In this document: piece by piece, positions 25,201-36,995 of the stretch
Numbering within the stretch: position 1 is the stretch's first letter
How the letters are laid out: every line of letters begins with the position of its first letter
Source of the DNA: Lingula anatina
Taxonomy: Eukaryota; Animalia; Brachiopoda
Length of the DNA stretch: 64,000 nt
Direction: 5' to 3'
Assembly (NCBI GenBank): GCA_051362555.1
Contig: CM120641.1
Coordinates: forward strand, 744,001-808,000
Notes under the pieces: model-generated
The model's input: the letters and a program-made list of their open reading frames with translations, nothing else
Database searches by the model: none
What the model was told of the DNA's origin: nothing
Position numbers and translations under genes: made by a program

Positions 25201-26112
25201 GGCAGTAATCTGTTAATTTTGTTTTATGTTAAAAATTGTTAAATTTGGAAAAAAAAAAAAAAAACATTTCAGAACAGTGCTGTCTTGTTTACATTTTGGC
25301 ATTTTCAAGTTGTGACTTTGAAGTTCCATGGGCCTGAAGACCTTTGCTAGTCACATTTTCTGAATATCCATAATACTAATAATTTATTATTAAAATTGAT
25401 GGTCATTATGCTGTTAAACATTATGAAATATTGCATCAAAATTTGAAAAAAAAAAAACTATTTTGGGCACTGCTCCCAGGATGACCATTTAAGAAAAACC
25501 ATGTCACTTACTGTTCTCAAACTTACAGGAAAGAAACATGGGACTAAAATACAGCTTCAGTAGGCAATGCAGTCTGTTTGGTAATTCTTACTGCTAGTTA
25601 AACAGTTTTTTTGTGAAAATTTAATTTTTCACATATTGGCATTTTCAAGGTGTGACTTTGAAGTTCCACAGGCTTGAAGACACATGCTAGTCACATTTTC
25701 TGAAAACCCATTGAAAAATTGACAGTCATTATGCTGTTAACCATTATGTAATATGGCATCAGAATAGAAGAAAACACAATTTTGGGTGCTGCTGCAATGA
25801 TGACCATTATGGGAAAAACATGTTACTTATGATTGCCAAACTTTCAAAAAAGAAATTCAGTACTAAAATGCAGCCTGAGTTGGAAAAGCAGTCTAATTGG
25901 CTTCTTTTTCTGGAAGTTATACATTTTCAAAGTGTGAACTTGTTACACATTTTACTTACATTGATATTACCTGTTGAGCATAATTAAAATTTGATGTTGA
26001 ATTTGCAGTTAAACATAATGTACTTTTGCATCAGAATTGACTGTAGCCTATTTTGTGCATAGTTATTTCCTGTTTTTTTGTCTGTACATTTGACAGCTTT
26101 GCTGCCTTGTTT
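22234..26112 (+). mobile_element. HINE cluster (3' ends at ~23500, ~23547, ~26112; partial 5' end at ~24350)
   Basis: Same body blocks and tgtctgtacatttgacagctttgctgccttgtt terminus as copies 1-3. Confidence 0.85.
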
Positions 26113-26617
26113 CAATATTAAAAGAATTAAATATATTCTTAATTAATTTTACCACCCCATCAACTGGAAATTAACCTGATTGACTTTGTTATTCACTTGC
26201 TCTACTTCTTTAATACGTTTTATAAGAAAGTTCAGTATGGTACCACAACTCTTTACAACATCTGCACAAACTTTTTTAATGAATTATTTAAATTGGGCTA
26301 GTGTTTTTTTGGTTCGGGCTAGTAAAGTTTGAGAGTCTGCTAGCCCGAAGTAGTCTAAAAAGTTTTTGGCACAGACTGTTTTCCCCATGATTTTGTTTTA
26401 AATGGTAATTTTTAACAAAAATACTGAGAACTTTTCTTTACTGCATTTTGTAGAGCTTGTCAAGCACAACACTGTAGATGGTGTCCCTTTTTTTCTGCGA
26501 ATGGACTTGCTCCAGCTGGTGGTACAATACCTGGAGTCGGTATCACCTGTCTTATCCTCCAGTTGCTTTTCTGGTGATTATTTTTGTTGATTTCTTAAAT
26601 ATTTTTCTCTTTTTCAG

Positions 26618-26665
26618 CCACTAATGGAAGGCATCAGCAAGAACAATGGGTCTAATAAAATCTGA
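26618..26665 (+). CDS. Terminal coding exon of the upstream paralog (PLMEGISKNNGSNKI*), followed by ~2.5 kb of 3' UTR
   Basis: Acceptor tttttctctttttcag. Acceptor context, stop context (tgaagt..) and catgctttgtg.ataacta are homologous to 34985-35128. Confidence 0.6.
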   Translation, partial: PLMEGISKNNGSNKI

Positions 26666-28386
26666 AGTTACTGTATACTGAATCTGAGCCATGCTTTGTG
26701 GATAACTAAGAATTAACACTTTTTGCAAATGTTACACAAAATTTATACATTTTTTTTTGTTATTTACAACAGGCTGCAGGTTATTTTCTTATAGAACTGC
26801 TGACAAACTAACTTTGTTTAATCTTGCTGCCCTGAAAAAGATACCACAGAAAACTGCATATGTGGCTGTAAGGTTAAGGGCTAGGCTGCTTCTCGGATTA
26901 TTGAACTGAAGATGGTCATGATTTTATCAGGTGTTCTGGCCTTGGCAGTGCTTCTGGAAAATGATTTTGCCTGTTAGAAAATAACAACAAAATGTTGAAT
27001 ATATTGGGATCTTTGGCTATATTTACCTTTTTTTATAGAATGATTTTGATTTCAAAATGATACAGGTTGTTTCACAGAAGGAGACCAATTTATCTATGCA
27101 GAAAAATATTGTCGATGTTGACGTGTATCCTAAGGGTTAATTCCCACAGACACCATCAGTCCAAGAAGATCCATCCAACTCTGTGGGGACTCTTACTGAG
27201 TGCAGTGACTCTCCTCTTGTTTCCATCGGACTTGTATAATCATCAGGGCCCAGTTTACTAAACACTAGATACTTTTGTCTCTAGTGGTTAAAAATGCTGC
27301 TTTTCTCAGGATCACTGTCCAGAGGACAACAATTTTATTCAGTGGATGGGGTTAATGAAACTGGGCCCAGCTTTTTCCTATTCTATTCAATGTCAGGAGG
27401 CTTGTCATTTGGTTAAGCTGATTGCACTCAGCAAAAGTTCCCTCAGAGTTCTATTGATCTATGCAGACCAATGACATCTGTTGGAATGCCCCCTAAAACA
27501 GACCTTGTTAATTTAAACTTGTTCACAAAGCATGTTTCTCTTCAGTGTACCAATGTTACTCCTGTGTGAGAACCAAGAACATACACAGGACTAGTGCAAC
27601 ATTTGGCCATGAAGTATACTTAATTTATAGTAACTTAAAAATTAGTTCTGTATAAGTCCAAAGCATATACAGGATTTCTGTGAACAGAAGTGAAAAACAA
27701 ATTGTTCACTAATTTTTTTCAAATAATTTTTTTAATGGCTTGTTGCATATTATTTATGAAGAGGCCTTTTGTCATTTTATTTTTTTTTTATTTATTTTTT
27801 TTTTGGTTGTAGTTTTAGATCATCTAGCTGTGTAATACAATTTTTAAAATGTTTCATTCTGCGTATAAATTGTTGACTTAAATTGTTACTTAAAATTTGT
27901 GAAATTATTTGTCCTGAATTTATTACTTATCAAGTTGACTACTGAGTTATTCACATTTTGGCCATGAAGAACTTAAACTGTGAGCACATTCAGACAAACA
28001 GATCTGCAGATCAAATATGGCTTATCCACTGTTGATCTGTGTATTAACTAAGATTGTAACCAAATGCCACCACTTGTAACCTGTTTGATCTGTTACAGTC
28101 TATGGCTTTACATGGCAAATTATGTACTGTGCCAAGCACATTAAGCTTCATTGTAGTTAGTGCTTTTACATAATTGTGAGCGTTGTAAATGGTCACATCA
28201 AAGACAGGATAAACATTTTATTTCTTACACAAAGTTTCATATGTAATATTATTCAGTTTGAAATTACATATATTGTATCTTAGTGTTAGTAACATTGTAT
28301 CTTTGTTCTCTTTTAAGTGCAGACACATGGAATCTGACTGTGTGATTTTGTTTTTATTTACTTTGTAATATTTAAATTAAATTTAA

Positions 28387-28694
28387 GGGATAACAACTGT
28401 TCCTATGAAATTCACGTTTCACAGTAAATACATTGTAAACAATTCAAAGAAATATTATAAATTCTATTTTACCACCAAAACAGCAGTTAACACAATAATT
28501 CTTGAATTTGTGCTTGCTATCACATCATGTGACCTCCATAGATGGCTACACTTGGTAATAATCTCTTAGAATATTAGAAAAAAAATGGGGACTAACTTTG
28601 AATGTTGGAATGAATTCATTGACCATTGGTCAGTAAATTGTCTTTTACCCCAGGAAAATCCATTTTTTAGCCAAAATGTACAGTTGTTATCCCT
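28387..28694. mobile_element. TTAA-flanked MITE (Kolobok-like)
   Basis: ttaa|gggataacaactgt ... acagttgttatccct|ttaa. The same right end recurs at ~42870-42936. Confidence 0.65.
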
Positions 28695-29110
28695 TTAAGG
28701 TTACTTAGGTTATCTGTCCTCACATTATGTTTTATAAGTTTTATGTAGGCTTACTCATGGTTTACTGATAAGGAATATTCCTAGTTTTAAATCTATTGTT
28801 TTGATATTTAGTAGATAATATTGTGAAAGTATGTTTCCATAATATTGTGCGTATTGATGATTGTTCAGAAAACTGAAAGAGCCCGGAACAGTGAAAACAT
28901 TTTTTAAAATTTTAGGCAGACCATACCTGTTGCTTTAGTGAACATTTTTATTTTTTTGCCTTTAATTCTTTTATTCTGAGTTAATTACCAAAGATTATAT
29001 ATATATATATAATGTTTCCCAGCTTGCTTTCCAGTACTTTGTAACAGTTCATATTAAACACATTAAGTAGTTTCTAGAAATGTCACTGTAACCTGTAGTA
29101 GCTTTCATGT

Positions 29111-29130
29111 AATAAAAACTGCAGAATAAA
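29111..29130 (+). terminator. Tandem polyadenylation signals of the upstream paralog
   Basis: aataaaaactgcagaataaa, identical to 36976-36995 of the downstream paralog. Confidence 0.6.
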
Positions 29131-30957
29131 ATTACATTTCTTTTCATTTAAATATAGTTTTAAAAAAAGTACACAGCACACTAGAGAGCATATTCAAACC
29201 GTATTTTCGTATTACTTTAAATTTACTGAGTGGCTTTGTTTGGTGAAGAGGTAGCATGAGAATTACAGCAATTTGAAATTGACATTTTTAATGTCTTAGG
29301 TGTTTTTATAATAAAAATTATAATTAAAATAGATAAGAATGACTAAAGGTACATTTGAACTGAGCTTTGTTGCAGTATGGGTTCCCAGTAACAAACAAAG
29401 ACAACACCTACCATTTTCTAATAAGACTCAAAGTTGACATGCCAAGGGATAAACAGTTAATCACATGATCAGCCATAGATATGCTTAATCTGCACCTTCT
29501 TAAAATTTTGGTTGCTAATTGACCTACTTATCTGCTTCATTTATATAAATCACAGAAAGCAAGCAGAAAAACCTGTTCAAATTTAATATAATTTTTCTGG
29601 TAATATGAAATGACATGTTTGGGTATTTCTCTAAGTAATACTATATGGTGGCATTTGATTGGTTTGGGGGTAATGATTTGACATGTGCATCTTAAATGTT
29701 TAACAGAATAGATTATAAGTATGAAAGAAAAAAAATGAAAACCTTGACACTGAAATCTCGTCTCATCATCATACACAATATCTCAGTGGCAGATGTATGA
29801 CAGAATCTGCTATAACATTTGACAAATCAAAGATTATATTCCCTGAAGCCAAGCAGATTGTAAAAGTTTACCAAAACAACTGGTGGTTCCAATAAACCTG
29901 CTGGAAAACAGATAAAAATAAAAATCGTGTAAAGTTCATATTTAACCACCAGCAAGAGAACATAAGACTGATCCTTTAAAAAAAAAAAAAAAGTTCCACA
30001 TAATTACAAAATGGTATAACATACAGGAAAGAAACATCTTACTTATCAAAGTGACAGGTGCATGCTGATAATACCATGATACAATTTGTAATCTCTTTAA
30101 ATTGATACTTTTTGCTTATTAGTACACGAACAAAACAGCCAACTCTGTTTTTTTTTTTCCTCCAAATTCTAAAATAAATATCAATTAAGCTTATTAACTT
30201 AGATCTACGGTTTATTAACTTATTACATATTATAATATATATTAAAGGTTCAGATAATAAACAAGACATCTTTTGATGTATGCCATGCTATAATCTTTAT
30301 TAAAAATTATCGTTTTTTTCGAGATTATTAATTGTTTAGTTCCATTGCCTCGCTTTCAAAAAATTAGAACTGGCGCTCCAAACACGACGGAGGAAGTTTT
30401 TTTAAAATATTTATATTGGCCCATTTTGCCTTAATTGGCATCAGAATATCCTCGCAGCATTGCTACAATTAACCTTCCTACGATTTTAATGCATTTTGCA
30501 ATATCATTTTCAATCTGCCACATGGAGCATTTTATTTATTCAGAGTGGGGGTGGAGTGGTGCCCCCCCCCCCCCCCCCCCCCCGGGGCCCGGGGTCCAGG
30601 GGCCACATATAACACTAGGATAAACACTTTCACATATAAGGTACAATCAATGACAGCACAGCTAACTATAACATAGCACAAATAAATAAATATAGATTAT
30701 CATAATGATGATATAAATGGCTATATAAACGGATACGTATGTCGCATTTCATAATCAATCAACGCTCTAAATACAAAGGGAATTCCCTTACATAAAGGCA
30801 AAATAAATGTTATTCTAAACAAAGACAAATGGTTTAATCTTTCCATACATGACATCAACAGTACACTTCCAATATACTTTCTCATAACGACACCAGAAAT
30901 CATATTAAATCAAATTAAACATTAACACACAGCAGGCAGATATTTTTTTTCTTTTTT

Positions 30958-31012
30958 TCGCGCACGCGCAGTTATTGCGTTATGTTGCGTAATTGAAGAC
31001 GGAAGTCAAACA
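30958..31012 (+). promoter_or_regulatory. Proximal promoter/5' UTR of the Ig-domain gene
   Basis: Local CpG enrichment, cgcgcacgcgca, and ETS motif CGGAAGT at 31000-31006 just before ATG|gtgagt. Confidence 0.5.
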
Positions 31013-31015
31013 ATG
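31013..31015 (+). CDS. Ig-domain membrane protein, exon 1 (ATG only)
   Basis: aaacaATG|gtgagt is a perfect donor. Phase 0 fits the next exon. Confidence 0.7.
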
Positions 31016-31712
31016 GTGAGTGTCAGTGTATTTTTTAAAAATTTCCCCTTTGACATGATTGTAGATTTTAGTAATATTTTCCACAATGAATGAAAAATCG
31101 TGGATTGGTATTTTTTTAAGCTTAATGGGTCATAATGGTTAAGTAGTCGGGCTATATCAGATGCTGTTTTGTTGAACCCCCCACCCTTCTTCTATTGAAA
31201 TAGCCGAGACATCTAAAATCATTACATAATTCAGAAAAAAAAAATAATAATTATTAACCATTTTTTTTTCGAGAGTGGCAGGTTTATGTATACATTTACT
31301 GTGACTAAGAGGGTTACAAGTGCCAAGTTTATCTCCCATGATTAAATGAATTTTGCTGAATCATTATTGTATTGTATTTATTTTAATAATAATATTTTTA
31401 AAAGCGAGTGCAAATGAATGAGTTGATCTTGACTCTCACAGATAGCTGTACAATAATATATCGTTAGATATAAGGCTATAGATCACTCAGTAGTAGTAAA
31501 ACAAGTTATGATACTAATAATAAGTTTGATAGACTATTAATAATAAATAAGTACACAAACAAAAAAGAGGGAGATAAACATGGAAAAGTCCATAACACAT
31601 ACAGTATATGCAACAAGTTTACCTGTTGTAATTTGAAGTAGTTCACATGTTTATTTATACAAGGAGAGCTTTAAGTATTTATATATACTTCTTTTCTATT
31701 CTCTATTCTTAG

Positions 31713-31782
31713 CAAATATGGCTGATTTTAATACTTGGCTCAAGTTTAATACTGCTAGTGGGGGCAGGAACATTAAAAAGAG
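31713..31782 (+). CDS. Ig-domain membrane protein, exon 2 (signal peptide QIWLILILGSSLILLVGAGTLKR)
   Basis: Pyrimidine tract + ag, donor G|gtaagt, hydrophobic leader, ends in phase 1. Confidence 0.85.
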
Positions 31783-32330
31783 GTAAGTTTACACTGACGT
31801 TGACATTTTATATTAAGACTATAATGCAATTGGTCCAAGTTTTAACTCTTTGTGAGCATGGTTTGTCATGAACGAACACAGTAGACTGTCAGTTATTTAG
31901 TATAAAAACCATAATATAGTACAAATTTAGAATAATCAAGGTGACGGCAGAGTGGTTACATTATCACCAATAGAAATAATGTTGACTGATATTTATGGTG
32001 AAGTTTTAATCTTAACATAGTTGTGTTAAGAGATTCTTGCTGCAACTTTTCATACAGTGTCATGCATTATTTCCCCCCAAAGCTTTTGATGGCTGTATTA
32101 AGTTCTTTACCATGATATTTTATTTATTATCTCCATCAAGGAGGATTTGTTTTTGGTTTCATTTGTTTGTCAGTAAGCTATATATTATCCACAACCTGGG
32201 GATGGATTTTGATTTAATTTTCAAAAATTGTGGTGAGGGGACCAAGTAGAAATTAGATTTTTTATCCATTGACAGATTAATTAGTTAATTATTAATAATG
32301 AAAACTGGTGGAGGTCTTTTCTAGGCCAAA

Positions 32331-32435
32331 TTGTCATATATAGTTACTTCAGCACAGGAGTTACAGATCTAACTTTATGTCTTGTCATATATAGCTACTT
32401 CAGCACAGGAGTTACAGATCTAACTTTATGTCTTG
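32331..32435. repeat. Direct tandem duplication, ~51 bp x2
   Basis: ttgtcatatatag.tacttcagcacaggagttacagatctaactttatgtc occurs twice. Confidence 0.9.
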
Positions 32436-32522
32436 CACTTGGGCTAACATTGACATTTCCTTCTCTTATTTGGCCCTTAATGTATACATATACATAACTC
32501 TTATTCAGATATCTGGAAGTAA

Positions 32523-32696
32523 GGGCGTATTCCCAGAGCTTTTAGATCGATCTATCTCCGTGGGGAGTCTCACTAGATTACTGTCAGATAATCCAGCTTA
32601 AATGTCCGTCCCGCTCGGCTGACAGCTATTTAGTGTGAACCCCCAGGGAGTTAGGTCAATCTAAAGTAGATTGATCTAATCTCTGGGACTGGGGTC
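32523..32696. mobile_element. PIF/Harbinger (Tourist-like) MITE
   Basis: TAA on both sides. Inverted ends ttcccagag..ttagatcgatcta / tagattgatctaatctctggga. Second copy in opposite orientation at 63062-63287. Confidence 0.75.
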
Positions 32697-32745
32697 TAAG
32701 AGTACCATAATCAACAAGTAAATAGAGATTATAATTTTCTTACAG

Positions 32746-33078
32746 CAGATGTCCAGATTATCACAGCACATAGTGGAGACAACGTCACCTTTAACGTAAG
32801 TCTACCAGTGAAGCCACACCCCAAGCTCCCTGTAGATTTCTGCAAGGATTCAGAGTGTCTAATTCAGTATGTGCTGAGTTCTGACAAACCTGTAGAATGG
32901 TTAACCAATAATACTAACGGGTTGGAAAACAGAATGGGCCTTGTGATTCCGAAGAATGGCAACGTAAACATCAGAATAAGAAACATAAGACCAGAAGATA
33001 GTGGAACATACACATTCCGGGTGACACCTCCAGATGAGTTCCCAGTGAACATTTCTTTGGAATTGAAAGTTCTTAATG
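32746..33078 (+). CDS. Ig-domain membrane protein, exon 3 (V-like Ig domain)
   Basis: 333 bp, phase 1-1. ADVQIITAHSGDNVTFNV...NRMGL...GNVNIRIRNIRPEDSGTYTFRV...LELKVL matches the Ig A'/B, D, E, F and G strand pattern. Confidence 0.9.
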
Positions 33079-33498
33079 GTAAGTGTAAGTATTTGTTTAT
33101 ACAAACCTGAATACTGCAATTTAAGATGTCATTAAGATATACCTTACTGTTCTCGTAATGGATTGATTTAAGGTCATCACAAGATCAGCTGAGTACACTT
33201 GATAATTCTCCTTAATCAAATGTTAAATCATCTTAACTTTAACATTGTATACTTATTTTGTACAAGGCTTGCTCCGGGTGCTTATATTAGTCACAGTAAA
33301 TGTATACATAAACCTGCCACTTCATAATGTATTTTTGTTGAACTCAGACATGTCGTTCTTGTCTCTTCCTTGATCAGAACATTGGACCTGATTAAGTGCC
33401 ATCATTACATTTATATTTACTATGAATTTATGATAGTTATTGCCAACCAATTTATGGATTTAATTATCAAGATGTGTAATTTTAACATTTTTTTTCAG

Positions 33499-33555
33499 CA
33501 AAGTTCAGTAGCTCCTTCCAAGACATTCCCTCATTTCCTGCTGATGATGACTGGG
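33499..33555 (+). CDS. Ig-domain membrane protein, possible stalk exon (AKFSSSFQDIPSFPADDDW)
   Basis: Strong tttttttcag acceptor, G|gtaggt donor, 57 bp, phase 1-1. Confidence 0.5.
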
Positions 33556-34529
33556 GTAGGTACTGACCCAGCACCACAAATATGTACTCAAACAGTAACA
33601 AATAGTTCGAAACATTTTGAGAAACAAGATTTTTGGTAAAAAGGCAGATTACTTTAAAAATTGGCATGATCGGTTTTCAGTTGGCATGATCGGTTGTACA
33701 GTAATAAATAATTTTTTTTCACAATTTTGGTGATGTTTGCCCCATAACTTTCAAACCATATTTTGGTTTTACCTTAAATTTACTGAGTGGCTTTGTTTGG
33801 TGAAGAGGTAGGTTGCTTTATTTATTATTTATTTATTTATTATTATTATTTTATTTATTTATTTATTTATTTATTTATTTTTTTTGTGAATTTTTCCATT
33901 TTTCACTCACTAGCATTTTCTGTGGCTTTTATAACCCTAATTTTTCAATGTCCATGTTACCTGTAGTACATAATGTAGGAGTGGTTATATGCTGTTTTAA
34001 ATCATTATATTACATTGCATCAAAATTGGCTAAAACATTATGTGGAGCACCTTTTTTTGTGTAATGTCTAAACATTTGTCAGCTTTGCTGCCTTGTTTCC
34101 TATATGGTGTCTGTATATTTGTCAGCTTTGCTGCCTAGTTCCCATTTGGCATTATTTTAAAATCCTATTGGGCTGGAACCCTGTGCTATTTATATTTTCT
34201 GGATATCAACGTTACCTCTAGAACATACTCAGTTATGAGAAATCAGTGAATAAACTGTTAAACATGTTATAGTGCATTAAAATTAAAAAAAAAAAAAACA
34301 TTTTGTGTACTCGCTTCTGTCAGCATTATTTTTTGCTTTAATATGTCTGTACATTTGACAGCTTTGCTGTTTTGTTAAATCATTATTTCTCGTGTATGAC
34401 CGATAGTTTTGCTTATGAATTAGTATAATGTGATTATTTCTTAACTGTTTGATTTTAATTGATAATGCTTCTGTATTCATAAGACAAAAGGCTCTGTTAT
34501 GACTGCTTGTTTGAATACTTTTTTATCAG

Positions 34530-34645
34530 GTTCATTTTTGCCTCCAAACAGAAATTGGATAGGGATTTTGGGGCCTGTTGCTGTCATCATTGTCATTGCA
34601 GTTGCGCTTTTGGTTAGCTATCCTTGGAGATGTTTAGGGAAAGCA
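34530..34645 (+). CDS. Ig-domain membrane protein, transmembrane exon (GSFLPPNRNWIGILGPVAVIIVIAVALLVSYPWRCLGKA)
   Basis: Acceptor ttttttatcag, phase-1 entry, ~22 hydrophobic residues, donor gtaagt. Confidence 0.85.
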
Positions 34646-35023
34646 GTAAGTTGATAAGGCTATCCGAAATATCATACATTTAATTTAAATTATTTGTTAA
34701 GATATTGTCCTAAGCTTCTATTCCTTATCTCTCTTTTCTTTTTGCTTTTCCATCTCCCTCTTTCTTTATTATGAAGATGTATGTTTGCATATCATGTTTG
34801 AAAAATATTTTGAATAAATTGGTTGTCAAGATTTTTGGCAAATATTCTTTACATTTACAAAATTGTCTTGTTCTACATGTTGTCTGCATAAAAAAGTTGG
34901 TATTATGGTGCTAAAACCCAAATGCCACAGCAAAGAATAGAGGATGGAAACACAAAAAAGTCCTGCTCATTTCTCTACTTAATTTTTTGTTAATTTCTTA
35001 GACACAATTTTTTTCCTTTTTAG

Positions 35024-35096
35024 TCCCCTACTTCCAGTGATAACTTATAGGAAGAAGAAGAGGAAAAAGAAGAAAGAGAGGCGTATTGACACTTGA
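35024..35096 (+). CDS. Ig-domain membrane protein, terminal exon (frame ambiguous: SPTSSDNL* to 35050, or PLLPVITYRKKKRKKKKERRIDT* to 35096)
   Basis: Acceptor ttcctttttag. Homologous to the 26618 exon. Confidence 0.55.
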
Positions 35097-35939
35097 AGTA
35101 CTTTGAAACATGCTTTGTGAATAACTATGGTGTAAACCTGAGTCAGTAGGCGCCGACCGTACACGTAGTTTTAGTTCAACTAGCACACATATACATCCAT
35201 ACTTTCCTTTAAACTTAAATGCGCTTACTACCTCGGGTCTTCATTTCATCTTTATTTCACAGCCTAACTGAAATTTCTTAATATTTGTCTCCACTCGAAC
35301 CTTTCCTTTTACTCATACTAACAATCTTGTATATCTCTTTTAAAGTACCACTAAATGCACTTAACTGTTGAAAAGAATCTCCTACCCTCTTCTTTTCTTT
35401 ATAAATTGTGCCTCCCCCACCCCCCATTTTTGGTTATTTGTAAAAATTGTTCAAACACCCAGATATGTATGTTATTGCATTTGTATTGTTGGAAGTAATG
35501 GATAATATACTATAGCTGTTTCCCCTTTTTTCTTTCGTTATGCCATAATTTTTCTTCACTAGCTATTATTATCTGGCTTATTTTCAAGCCTTAACTATGT
35601 TAAACCCTGCTTTGCACCATTTCTTCAATACAACACAAGGAGGTGGTATCACCTATATCAGATCCCCTAGTTCAAAATTGATAATTATGTCAAAAAAATT
35701 TGATTTATCCAGTTACATTGTACTAAGATAATGGAAAAATTAATTTTAATAGAATAGATTTGTTAACTTCACAGTGAAAGTTTTTGTTCATCCAGTTATA
35801 TCATACTAAGATAATGAAAAAATATTTAATTCTGGTTCTTGCATTCAAACGGTTAGACCTTATAACAACACCTTCTTCAGGTGAAATAATTTTGAGTTGC
35901 CATTGGTGTTAAGTGGGGAGCAGGCCTTGGGAGACAACT

Positions 35940-36772
35940 CTTATCCTAACCTTAAAGCCTACTATATATACTTGTTCATGAAGCATGTTTCTATTCAACA
36001 TTGTAAATATGAATCACTTTTTTAAAGTGTTACAGTCCAAGACCCTTTTTGCATGGTGAACTCTGAGCCAAGCTATTTAGTACTTTAATTATGTTTGATG
36101 CCACTTGAGCATTCTTTAGTGTAAGGAAACAGTATGTGACTATATATGTAACATGGTACAAATGTTTTGTATCTCAGCTTCATTGTAGTGCTTTTTCATT
36201 GAAGTGCATAATCAGATCCAAGACAGATCAAAATATCTTGAACAAATATTCAAATGTAAATATACATTCAGGAATCTATTATATATAGGATATATTTGTG
36301 TTTTCACTCTTATGTACAATAAAGTTCACATTTCCAAATCATTTTAATCCCTTTTTCCTTCTTAATTGGGATACAAATCTTATCTTAACCTTTTAGACTA
36401 CTATACTTGTTCATGAATTATGTTTGTATTCTACATTGTAAATATTTATCACTTTTTAAAAGTATTACAGTCCAAGACTCCTTGGCATAGTGAGCTCTGA
36501 GCCAAGCTATTTAATACTTTAATAATGTTTGATGTCACATGAGCATTCTTTAGTGTATGGTATGTGGCTATATATGTAACAGTAGTAATATGGTACAAAT
36601 GTTTTGTATCTCGGCTTCATTGTAGTGCTTTTTCTCAATTTACAGCCTTAGACATAATCAGATCAAAGACGGGATCAAGCATATATATATATATACATAT
36701 ATATATAATAAAGTAATCTATTACATATATATGTGTGTGTTTTAATATGATTGTATGTTTTCACTCTTATGT
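35940..36772 (+). repeat. Diverged ~440-bp tandem duplication in the 3' UTR
   Basis: 35940-36316 aligns with 36379-36772 (ttacagtccaagac, ctctgagccaagctattta, gagcattctttagtgta, tttcactcttatgt). Confidence 0.9.
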
Positions 36773-36975
36773 TCAGACACAGCCATTGAATCTTGGGAAT
36801 GCCACACCTGTTGGCAAGGTGAAAATTTCCCATTTATCTTGCTAATAAGATTTGTTAATAAGAAATTAAATGTTTTTTTTAATTTGTTGCATATTTTTGG
36901 CTGTTTAGAGTCTGTGTATTTGCCAGTTTTGTTTACCAGTTCTGTGGTAGTCTCTGGAACTTGTAATTTTTATGC

Positions 36976-36995
36976 AATAAAAACTGCAGAATAAA
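36976..36995 (+). terminator. Tandem polyadenylation signals of the Ig-domain gene
   Basis: aataaaaactgcagaataaa, conserved with the paralog. Confidence 0.6.

Larger units (their letters stand above)
11544..26378. mobile_element. CAG...CTG (hAT-like) non-autonomous DNA transposon shell, expanded to 14.8 kb by nested insertions
   Basis: Termini cagtctgcgac and ggcacagactg form an imperfect TIR. Flanking direct repeat ttttcc (11538-11543, 26379-26384). Subterminal ctagccc/gggctag motifs at both ends. Empty-site paralog at ~10470-10490. Confidence 0.7.

Noticed and set aside
30435-30623. Poly-Pro ORF / G-quadruplex-like tract
   Set aside because: A C homopolymer in a probable GC-rich MITE fragment, with no coding support and unreliable homopolymer length.
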